Positions 1 to 10,700 of a DNA stretch of 64,000 bases are shown here, one piece after another; within the stretch, counting starts at the first letter, position 1; every line of letters begins with the position of its first letter. The stretch lies in the NCBI GenBank assembly GCA_013239625.1, contig MU056277.1:2086076-2150075 (forward strand), read 5' to 3'. The notes under the pieces were generated by a model, which saw only the letters and a list, made by a program, of their open reading frames with translations, was not told the origin of the DNA and did no database searches. The stretch is from Lama guanicoe. Lineage: Eukaryota. Made by a program: the position numbers and the translations under genes.

Positions 1-524
1 AGTTTGCATGTGCTGCTGCTGTGATTCAGGGCAGGGGGGGTCCAAGCTGAGCGCTTGGACCCTCCCTGACCTCTCACAGACCTGCACCCTCGGTGGATCC
101 ACCTTGAACTGGTCGGTTTTATCCGTGTCTGCTGTCCGGACCCGCGGCTACCTTGTTTTAACTTCAGGTTTGCAGTTGCTCTGACGGCTCCAGGACATTC
201 GTTATCTGGATTAGTCCTGTGAGGGAGGCTGCGGCTCGCTGCCCATGTGGCCTGTGGGTCCGCGTCTGTTGGCTTTGAGAATTTACCTTCTCTTTACCCT
301 TGAACTGAATCTTTAATCGCAAGGCCAGGAGCCCTTTCCAGCGGCCAGAGCTCTCCTTCCATGTGGAAGGGCTCCTTTTCCAGCATTTTCATGACTTCGG
401 TTCCCTCTCTAGATGTGCAGGAGGTGGTGAGCAAGTGCGAAACGCCTGGGAGAAATGCTCTCGCATCTCGTTAGTTGATGTGAGCATTTGCCCAACAGGA
501 GGAAATGGCCCCACTGAGCCCCTA

Positions 525-658
525 GGTCACCCGCAGGGAGTCATCGCAGGTACCCCCTCCCCCGTGCAGCTCCTGAGTCAGGAAGCCGGGGGCAGGGCCT
601 GAGAATTTGCATTTGTAAGTTCCCAGGTGATGCTTGGACGCAAACCTGGAGACCCACT
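525..658. mobile_element. MER5-like hAT DNA transposon relic
   Basis: ctgagtcaggaagccgggggcagggcctgagaatttgcatttgtaagttcccaggtgatgct...gacccact resembles the MER5A half. Confidence 0.65.
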
Positions 659-3600
659 AGTGGCAGGTTAGAGGAAGGGTCTTTACATCTAGCGCCACCT
701 TCTCTGCTAACCAGCCTTGAGCGAAATACCAGCTCCCATCGTGGATGGATGGCTGGACGGCTGGACGAGCGCAGGGGTGCGTGGGTCGCGTACAAGACAG
801 TAGAAATGTGAGGGGTGTTGTACTTCAGGGTTTTCAAGCCTCCCGAGGGGGCTAGCTGACAAGTTTCAGCGCTCTGCCTGCTGGGGGAGCAGAGCAGACC
901 ATTGCTTTACATCAGACGCCAAGTGCGGCCCGCCTCACTCCTCCAGTCGGAGTTCAGCCGCAGGCCGCGTGCTCGCTAGTGCAGACGCCGTGCCTCCTGC
1001 CCGTTCTGTCCCACCTTCTCACCTTTCACACCGCTCGGGAGGCCGTGTGCTTGCGCAGGCCGCGGGGCCGCCGCCGTCACCATCACCAAGGAGAAGTCCC
1101 GTCTCCGGAGTGGTCGTGCAGGGGCTCGCAATCTTAGCAGACGCTGCCGGCGTGAGGACCTGGCCGTGTGCCGTGTGCACAATGGTCGTAGCAGAGCCCC
1201 CTCGGAAGCAGGCTGTCAGGGACCAGGAAGTAGGAGAGGAAATGGCCCGGGGCCCCCTTGCTGCACTGTAACTATTAACACTTGAGAAACATGGCCACCA
1301 AATGTTTCCCAAGCCTCCGCTCCCCGTCGGGTGGGAGCTGTAACCATTGTCACTACGGGAAAATAATTTTAAAGTCCCTGGGGGTCCGTTGATCCTCAGT
1401 TTAACCAAATGGAGTTTCTGCAGCTTAATTCTAGCAGGCGAGGCTGCCTCTCCCATATCTGCTCATCTCCGCCAGTTACTCCCCATCCAGGGGGCGCTCT
1501 CCATCTGTCTAAACCCACTGCTTCCCCAGCATCACCATCTCTGTGAAGCACACGCTGTTAATCTTTGTCTTTGGGCTGGTGCCGTTATGAGCAGTGTTTT
1601 CACACTTCTGCATTTCTGATCAGTTAAGGATTTATCTGCTCACGTTGATTGTATACCTCTGACCTAAGAGAAAGAAATATTTGTTACATTTTGCAAAATG
1701 TTTGCAAGCTAACGGTAGTTGTCCCATGCACATAAAAATCGAGTTGCCTATGTTAGAGTTAAGCCTTGAAGTTAAAATGTAGCAGTGTCCTCAGGGTGCT
1801 ATTTGGATGAAGTGTAGCGTGAGGCTTCCCACCTTGGGGGTGGTAACAGTGCCGCTTGAAGAGCCGGCGTGCGGGTTGGAATCGGTGATGGGAGAGGTGA
1901 CCCTGGGTCCAAGCCCGGCACCACGGTCCGTCAGCAAGTGCTGCCTTGGTCTCCCCATCTGTAAAATGGGCCAGGAGAGGGGCTGACGTGAGCAGTGCTG
2001 TCCTCACCTGTCACACACGCACGTGCTCACAGCTCAGCACATCTCTGCCTCTGTTGTATGTTACCAGCGTGTCATTCGACTGATGTCTGGATGGTGAAGT
2101 CTGGGGATTCTCCAGGCGAGTGAGAAAGAAAAGGAAGCCTTGGGTGGGGAGTCCAAGAGGAAGGGACCAGGGGCCAGTCACACAGACGGGATTCTCTGAG
2201 GCGACGCAGATGCACAGAGAACAGACCCCCGTGCGTCTGGGCCTCAGAGCCCACGAGGGAGCCTTCCCCAGCTCGAATCCCAAAGAGTCAAACACTGAGA
2301 GGATATCGGACTTTTGGGGGGGAGACGTTCAAGGAAACTTAGAGTGGGAAATACAAAAGGGCTGATGGTTCTTTCTCAGTTTTAGGGAGATTAGGTGCCC
2401 TTGTCGTGCCTAGGTCGGGGTTTCAGCAAATGTTCATGGTTTTTGCTCGATTCCGTTAGTAACTGCGTGAAGGGATTGAGTCCAGTCCCCAGAGCACGAC
2501 CAGTCTCACCATCACAGCATGTGGCTGTGGTCCTTAATTCATCAAAGGGTGGAACGAGGATGAAGTGTCACTGAAGACACTTCAGGCAAGATTTCAGAGA
2601 AGGTGCGCTGGTGCCCCAGGATGCCTTCACTTTTGGAAGGTGCGCTGTCTTTACAGACAGAACCTTTTAGGGCTTTGGTTTCTGAATCCTTAAGGGGGGG
2701 ATCACGTCATTTGATATTTAAATGATAACAAAACATGGGAAGCTGTTGAATGCACAAAGATGGCAGGTTTCCGTGACTCATCCGTTTCTGTGCCCCCACC
2801 AGCTCTGACGGGACTGAAGTTTTTACTGTTTTCCTTCCGAAACCCACCCTTGGTTTTGGCAGGGCCGCAGATTTCGTTCCCACGGGCTCTTCAGTTCACT
2901 CCCCGGGTGCTTAGGGGGCAGAACCAGGGCTTGGCAGCCAGTCCAGCGTGTCCACCGTGGCGGCATGTGACGGCGAGGTTCCGCCTGGACTGGAGGCGTC
3001 CTGGGAGCAGTCTCCGACACCACCATCGCGTCACGTGATCGGTGTCAGAACCAGAGCGTGTCACTGCCGCGTGCTGGCCCAGCTCAGGGAAATCCTTTAT
3101 GTAAAGTTGGTCCAGCCACGTTCCAACCTGTGTCTCTGAGAGGTTAACGCAGACAGAGCAGGAGGGACCTCAGTCACCTTGTCGTCCGTCGTGTGCTGTG
3201 GGAGCTTTCTAGTCATCTGACTCGGGCATAACTCCAGCCGTCGTCGTGGCTGGTCACGCAGGTGTGATGTGTCCTTGATTGAAGGGAATTAAGTGTGTCG
3301 TTTAAAAGCTCGTTTCTAAGAGTGGCCAGTTCTAGACTCTCTGAAGGCCTGTTTCTCCACAGACGGCTCCCTTCCTGGATTACAGAAGCCTCGGGGCTTT
3401 AGAACCAGAGCGTGCCTTACAGCTATCTCGATGGCTCGGCTCCCAGAACTTTCTTAGTTGGAGGGAAGACATGCTACTCAGCGTTGCTACTCGATGCCCC
3501 TACCAATAAACGTGGAACAATCTGGGGGGCCTGGCCGTGTGGCTGCCCCAGGAACCGTCACCAAGTAGGACCGCGAGGTTGTGGCCAAGAGCAGTGCCAG

Positions 3601-4440
3601 GTGACGGGGCTGGGACCCGGCGCTGAGCTCGGGGAGGGAGGAGGGCTGGTCCGCTGTGTGGACCTCAGTGCTGACCAGACACGGAGACCATGCAGCAGGA
3701 GAATGAATCACACGACGCAGGGGCACCGGTCGGGGAAGAACCCAGGGAAGGATGAAATCGGGGCGGTGCCTGTCTGTGGGGAGGAGGCGTGCTCCGCGGG
3801 GCCGGGGTGGCGGGGGCCCCTCGGGCAGGTTGCTCAGCTGCGTGCGCCAGCCTCGTGTGAATCCACCCATCAGGCATGAGAGCCACGTGAGAAGGGAGAG
3901 GGACCCTTTTCGCACTGGGTTCCAAGCATGGTCTGCATCTTCGGTGCTGCGGCCGCTGCTCCCGCCCGCGTCGGCCCTGGAAGGAGCAGTTTCGGCCGCC
4001 TGGCGTCTCCCTTGGCTTCAGACCTTCCCTGAGTGGCTCCCTGCTCCCCCGGCATGATTAGTCTTAGACCCTTTTACTGCCCCAAACCATAATGCTTATT
4101 GACAGGAATTGCTTCGTAACTTGAGGCCGCGTTGTCTAAAATTCACCCCTGGACCCAGAAGGGTTAGTCCAGTTCCCGTGAGGCCTGTGGCTCCTTCACC
4201 TCCTGGCCACGCTCACACGCGGAGGGCGGCCAGTGTCCTGTGAGGAAGCCCTTGGACCGCGGGTGTCTGTGTTTTCACGGGGGCTGTTCACGGGGAGGAA
4301 GTGCCCGCCGAGGGCTGGGAAGACCCCGCAGAGTCCCGGGGTGCTCTGAACCACGGCTGTGGGTGTGCAAGAGGAAGAAACTACCAGATGGTGAATGAGG
4401 CTCCTGGTGCAGCTGTGACTTTTGGAAAAGGTTTTACTTA

Positions 4441-4540
4441 ATTTTTAAACTTTATTTACTTACTGGAGGTACTGGGGATTGAACCCAGGACCTCATGCAT
4501 GCTGAGCACACTCCCTCCACTGAGCTACACCCTCCTCTCC
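4441..4540 (-). mobile_element. tRNA-derived SINE (Vic-1-like, camelid type) with target-site duplication
   Basis: The minus strand reads GGAGGGTGTAGCTCAGTGG...GCATGCATGAGGTCCTGGGTTCAATCCCCAGTACCTCC plus an A-rich tail, with A and B boxes present. Flanks ggaaaaggttttactta (4424-4440) and ggaaaaggctttaatta (4541-4557) match at 15 of 17 positions. Confidence 0.88.
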
Positions 4541-7500
4541 GGAAAAGGCTTTAATTAGCAGCATTTGAAAAACACACCTAGGTATTTAGGCAAAATCGGG
4601 TTGACCCCGCCACTCGTTGGGGAGAGTACGCCGCGTCATAAGCCGTCGGCAGGCGTGCGAGGCCTGCTGCCCAGCGCCGTGCCCCCGGCCCCAGGACGGG
4701 GCGGGGGAGACCGGGGGTGCAGCAGCCCAGGGACGGCCGCTGTGGCTTCCAGTCACCCAGCGGCGCTGCTTCCGTGGACTCGCAGTGATCTCGTCTCCGA
4801 GTGGCGTGCCCTGGTCACGGGAAGGGGCCTGTGTCCTGGACAGCACATCAAAGGCGCCATCTGTTTCCTCAGATTGTGAGCTGGGCCAGCCTCTCCTGGA
4901 AGCAGGGGTGAAGGGACAGAAACTGAGCACGGACGCCCTTCGACTTGGGCGTGGCCCTGTCTCCCTTTGTCTCGTTTCCCTGTGCCTGTGGGGGCAGGGC
5001 TGGCGCAGCCCCTGGGCTCCCCACGGCTGTGCCTCCGGGATGCAGTCCACGGAGCCCGCCTCCCTCCTGCGTCCTCGCTCTCAGGACCTGGCAGGTCACC
5101 GCCAGGAGCTGGGGACCTGGCCCAAGTCTCGCAGGTGCACATCTTTAGTCACCGCCGTGTCTCAGAAAGATGGGAACCAGCAGCAGGACGCCGCCCCTTC
5201 TGGGACCCAGGCTGTCCCCTGACCTGTGGTCCCCAGCAGGGAGGACATGTCATCCAGCGCTCCGCGCTCTGTGAGCACTCGTGGGAGGAGGGGCACTGAG
5301 CCAGGGAACTTAAGCAAAGGCCCCACCACACTGGCTTTGGGCAGGGGGATGGAGGCGCTGGCTTAGCCCAAGTGCGGCGCCTGCTGCTCTCATCCTGCCA
5401 CCGACCGGCTGCACTTAGTCAGCTCCCAGAGGCCCAGGAGCCTCCGAGCCTCCAAGTCACACAGTGTAAACAGCACGGAGCTGACCTGCCCGGCCCACGG
5501 TGTGCGAGGCTCCGACGCGCCGAGGGTGCCCGGCCGGCCGGCCTGCAGCAGGCGCAGCCCTGGGCGGGGGCGGCCCGGGGGCCCTGGACACCCCCCTGCT
5601 GGGATGCGGGGGGCACCGGGCTGCAGGCTGAGCGGCTCCCGGGGGACGGTGCCGCCCACCGCGCGCAGCCTGTGACGCCTCCTCTCCCCCGAGCTGGACG
5701 CCCGGCAGCAGGAACTTGCCAGTTTATTTCAGGAACGCCTGGGGCCGCTTCCTCCCTCCGGCCTCGTGGGTGTTTGTTTGGACTGGAGGCTTCCTGAGCC
5801 CCAAGGTGTTTCTGGCCGCCGCTGCGAGCCCCTCACGGAAGCCCCTCACGGAAGCCCCTCTCTAAGGAAGGAAGCGCCCAGGACAGGTCGTGGTGCCGGA
5901 GCCTCGCCCGCTCGGCAGGCCTCCCCCGCCCCCGACACCACAGGGCTTTCTCCTGCGTCCTGCGAGGCTGCGGGCAGGCGAGGGCCCGTGTTGCAGGTGG
6001 CGTGGGCCCCGTCTGCAGCTGCCCAGTGCACCCTCGGTGCCCGCGGGCGTCACAGGGAGGCTCTGCGGTCTTTCTTGGGACGCAGTAAACCCAAGGCCAC
6101 CAGAGGTCGTGTGCTGCCAGCACCCGGCGCCTTGCCCCACGTCTCTGGAGTCTGCCTGGCTTCCAGCTGTCCCCGCGGAGCCCTGCCGGGCGCCAGAGAC
6201 CACGTCCTCCTGCCCTCGGGTCGCATTCAGCTCTCGTGTGAGCCTGTCCTGCAGACCCGGAGCCTCTGTGCCGTGTCCTTGGTGGGAAGACCCCGCGATG
6301 GCCGAGCGGGCAGCGTCACGTGGAGACCCGGGGGCCCCCCGGTCTTGGTCCTGCCTGTGGCCCCAGCTGCGGTGTTGGAGGCACCGGGCTTCGAGTTGCT
6401 CACAGTCTGGTGAGGAGGGACGGGTGGCGCTGTCCGTGGGGCATGGGGACAGGTGCCGGGTGTCTGTGTATTTCTTTCACCAAAAATGTGTGCCGTTCAC
6501 ACGGCTTTTGAGAAAGGTTAGAAATGAGGTGCTGGGTGGTCCAGTCTGGTTCGGTTTTCTTGGCCTCTGGTTCTGAGGCCCTGGACTCCAGCAGGGATGG
6601 CTATAGGGCAGACACAGTGCAGGTGGCCGTCCCCACAGGTTTCTGGGGGACCACACTCCTGTGCGGAGCCCTTTCTGCCTCACAGGGTGCCCTCTGGGAT
6701 GGAGCTGAGCTGTCCGCATCCTTCCCCAGTGCCCCAACGTCCCAGCGTCTTGCCCCTCTGCATTGGGGGGGTCAGCCAGGCAGACGCGGCTGGCAGTCAC
6801 CTGCCAAGTAGCAGACCACCCTGACATGTTTCTCTCTGGGTGGCGCCGTTTTTACTGGAAGGGACCATTTTACTGGGCTCTAAGCATTGGCTCAGCCAAG
6901 CGGCACAGTAGAAATTCTCCCAGGTCCCCGAGAATGTTTTTACAGATCCACTTCCCAGCTGGAGGGGAGGGCCCCATCGCTCCTTCTCCTTCATCGCAGG
7001 AGCCCCTCCCTCCCTCCCTCCCTCAGGGCCTGGAAACAGGAGGGGGGTCACTGCTGACTGTGGGGCCACTGAGGGGTGGGGCTGGGGTGTCAGGTGGAGT
7101 CTGTTCCCTGGACAGACGCCCGTGTGTCTGCGGCACGCAGGACACCAGAACGGCAGGTCGGAGCCAGCCCAGCCTCTCCGTGGTCCGGGCCCCACGGTCC
7201 TCTCCCTTTCGGGGAGCGCTGGGCACCGCCTGGTGCTGGCGGTTACACCCGGGTGGGGCTGCGGGAAGCCCCGTGTGGGCCCGGGAAACCTCCAGCAGCC
7301 TCAGCACCCGGGCAGGGCTGCCCCCGGGGGAGACTCAGCCTGCACCGCCAGCCCCAGCGCTGTGGCTCTGGGCCCGCCGCCTCCACCTCCGGACTCAGGG
7401 GGTCTTCTCCGTCTGTCCGCTGACTTCTGTCCTAACTCAGTGAGGGAGTGGTCTCAAGGGGCCGTGTGCCCCCTGCCCTGCCCGGCGCACGCCAGGCTGT

Positions 7501-7980
7501 GACCACTTCGCTCGTGCCTCTCCCCAGCCGCCGGGCACTCCACACGGCGGGGACCCCGAGTTGTCCAACCGACCCTCCCTGGCCTTGCGGATCTGCGCTC
7601 TGGCTCTGTCAGGGTGGCCGTCAGGACCGCCGACCCTGGAAGGACTCGACTGTCCTGACTCCCAGAGGCTTCGTGGGGTGGGGGGGCGAGGGTGGGGCCC
7701 AAGCCTGCCCCCACTCCCTAGCCCCACGGCTGGGCGGGCAGATCTAGGGCTCCAGGGGGTCCCCTCGCTGAAGTGGGGACCCAAGGGTCCTCTCCCTGTG
7801 CAGTGGGAGCCACTGTGACCTGCAGAGATGGGGGGGCAGCGTGTGACCTGGGCAGCTTCTCGTTCCCTTGTTAGCACATCAGACGCCTTGTCCTGTGCTC
7901 TGCCCGTTGGTTCAGGATCCCATGTGGGCAGTTAAGTGCTTTGTGACACAGGTGGCCCTGGATCATGGGGTTCCGTGTAG

Positions 7981-8116
7981 CCCCCCTGCACTGTCCCTCC
8001 CCCTCTAACTGTCCACACCCCCTCCCTGCACTGTCCACCCCCTCCCTGCACTGTCCACCCCCTCCCTGCACTGTCCACCCTCTCCCTGCACTGTCCATCT
8101 CTCCTCTTAACTGTCC
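7981..8116. repeat. 20-bp minisatellite (ccccctccctgcactgtcca), about 6-7 copies
   Basis: Tandem units are directly visible, with exact central copies and degenerate ends. Confidence 0.9.
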
Positions 8117-9639
8117 TGCCTGGCATTTCGGGATAAGTTTCCTTGACCTGCAGGAGCAGTGATCAGGCTCTCAGGTCCCCACTACTTCACTTTGTCCTGG
8201 TCCTGGAGAAGCAGTCTGGCCTCGACTTTCCTTCCTGCCTGTGAGTTTGCCCTGATTCCCTCCTCACGGACCCTTCCGTGCACATGTCTGTGTCAGGCTG
8301 GCCTCTGCATCCCCGTGGACAGACCTCCCCGTGCCCCACGGCCGTGTCCCTGGGGGTGAGCGTGAGGGGACAGTGCGGTCAGACCCCAGCGCGAGCGAGG
8401 CTGTGGTTTCCTCCGACAGCCAGAAGTGGAGTTGTGAGTTCACTTAGAGAAAGTCAGGGACGGCCTCTAGGTTGTCACCCCTGCTCTGCTCCTGCCAGGA
8501 GCTGCCGCACTTTCAGAAACAGAGCATCTCCTGCACTGAGCGCTTGGGGAGGGGCGTCCACTCTGCTCTGGGGCACCGAGGACTGAGTCTCCACCAGCCA
8601 GGAAATGGGCTGTTTCACTCAGAATTGAAAGTTCCCTTTAGGAACATAATTCAGGTTGTTGTGGGTAGTTTTACAGAGAATCAGAACTGACTTTTAGAAA
8701 AGCACGTGTGCTCACATGCAGGTGAGCATCCTGGCGGCTAATGCAAAAAGGGGAAATGTTTGGACACAAGGTCACATGCAGAAAAAAGGTCCTTCTGGAA
8801 GGAATTCTGGAGGAGCAGTCGTTCAGCTGCGCTGGAAGCGTTGGAGCCCTCAGTGGGTGATGACATCCTTGAAACGCTTTCTCTTGTTTGGAAAATGCAA
8901 GCACCTGGAAGTACTGAGCTCACAGCGCTGAGCCTCGGGGAGGCCCTTTCAAAGCGGGCAGAGCTTCCGCACCGCCTGTTCCAGGCAAGCCCAGCCTGAA
9001 GCGGGGACCTGACGGGCCCAGACTGTCCCAGTGCTGTGCCGCCGTCCTGGCCGAGCTAGACTGTCCTTACCTGCTTGGGCCACCAGGGCACAGGGCGGCT
9101 GTTCCCGTGGCCTTGGGAGGCACACGCCTGTGGCTGCCGAGGCCAGAAGCGGGTGGCGAGGGTGCCTTAGAGGCCTCGGGTTTCCTCAGAGTAGCTGGAA
9201 GCGTGCCCAGAGCTTGGGACATACAGTTGGCCCTCAGCTGTGGGGCCCCGTGGGGCCCCGTGGGTCTCGCCCACCGTGGGCGTCCTGCCCGCCAGCCTGG
9301 TGCTCCCCGTTTCAGGAGTTCCAGGAAGCGGCAGGGAGCACTCGCCCTCCCTGGGTGGTTCTGCTTGGCTTTTCGGAGCACCCAGCGGAGAGCTGGTGGG
9401 GGCTGCAAGGGCAGAGCGTGTGTGCGGTTTTATTTAAAGTGCTTTTTCGGAGGAGAGACTCATGTTGGAGAGCCTGCTGTGGGCCCTGCTCAGGCCTGTG
9501 GGGGCGTGGTGGGGCGTGGCCGCCCGAGGAAACTAGTGTTTGCTGGTGTTCGTGTTGTTTTAAATGTTGGGCAACTTGGTGGAGGCGGCAGCTCTGGCTT
9601 CCTGCCCCAAATCCCTGATCTCCCCAGACCCAAGCCGCT

Positions 9640-10700
9640 TCGAGCCTGGGGCTCAGGCGTCCGGGTCGCGGTGGGGTCTCAGCCCCGAGGCGCGCCAGGC
9701 TGCCCGCCCCCCCAGCTCCCCGCCCCCAGGCCCCGGGGTCGGAGCGGCTTGGACTCCAGTGGGGAACAAGGCGTCTTGCTGGGCACCTGCTGGTTGGGGT
9801 GTTAGGACTCTGCCCCTGCCTGATCTCTGAGCACTGGGGGAGGGCACGGCCCCCATCCCCGAGCAGCCCAGTCCCCGTGGTGGGCCGGGCCGGGCCCTGG
9901 CGACGGCGGCGTGCGGCGTGCGGCGTGTGGTGGTGCAGGCGTCCTCCGGGGTCTGAAAGGGGGTCTCCCGGGGCAGGGGGGCGACGCTTCACACCCCAGA
10001 CCCAGCCAGAGACGCAGACCCGGAGTGGAAGTCTGGGAGGGGATGACAGGGGCGTTGGAATTCAGTGCCAGTGTCCACACTCGCTCACCTTCCTTTAAAC
10101 AAACACGGCCGCCACCTCTGTTTGTTCCTGCAAACTGTCACTTGTGTCTGGAGCCGCAGGCTTTATCAGGTGGATCGGGGCAGACGTGGCGCTGCCGTCA
10201 GGTCAGCCTTCTCGTGGCTCCCCGGGTGGAGGGGAGCGTGAGCTGCGTTTGGCCTTCCGTGGCTGCTTGGAAGCACGGGAAGCCTCGCCCGCAGTGCCCC
10301 TCGTGCCTCGACCGAGGCCAGGACGGGCCGGGTGGCCTTGCTCCCCCACGGCCTGGGAGCTGCGCCGGCCGAGCCCGTGTGTGTGCACTCGGGCGGCGTG
10401 AGGAGAGGAACCACCTCGTAGTGATTCCTCCCAGTTCACGGGGGAAGCGAGAGCGAGGAGTCAGCTGGACCGTGCAGATTTTAGGGAGCAGCGTCCAGTA
10501 AAAGAGGCTGATGGGCGACCGGGGAGGGCAGCGGCCGGACGTGGCGGAGCACGTGCCTGGAGCCATGGGAGACCGAGGGGCCGCCCGGATCTCCGTGGCG
10601 GAGATGAAAAGCTACTACATCTACGGCGAGTGGTGCTCCTGGCTGTTGTCTGCTGCTGAGGGTGAGTCCTCCGGCCCCTTGGGGTCACTCCCAGCAGGTG
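9640..10700 (+). promoter_or_regulatory. CpG-rich candidate promoter for first exon A (approximate bounds)
   Basis: Dense CpG and GC-box-like tracts (for example 9650-9980) directly upstream of an ATG-to-donor exon. Confidence 0.5.
10565..10661 (+). CDS. MCF2L: Alternative first coding exon A: [32 protein letters not shown](D); may start at in-frame ATG 10511
   Basis: Strong Kozak context GCCATGG at 10565, 32 codons plus G, then consensus donor GTGAGT at 10662. Phase 1 matches the acceptor at 29817 (G|AT = Asp). The surroundings are CpG-rich. Confidence 0.72.

Noticed and set aside
4465-4540. Possible tRNA gene
   Set aside because: It has an A-rich tail, a target-site duplication and a second diverged copy in the window, which identify a tRNA-derived SINE.
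8700-8730. Strong donor CAG|GTGAGC as another first coding exon
   Set aside because: The phase-1 frame has an upstream stop and no ATG, and the adjacent ATG is phase 0, incompatible with the common exon. A non-coding exon cannot be excluded.
1-9600. Further upstream MCF2L first exons or an antisense lncRNA
   Set aside because: I found no recognisable ATG-to-phase-1-donor exon here. These elements probably lie left of the window and cannot be supported from this sequence.
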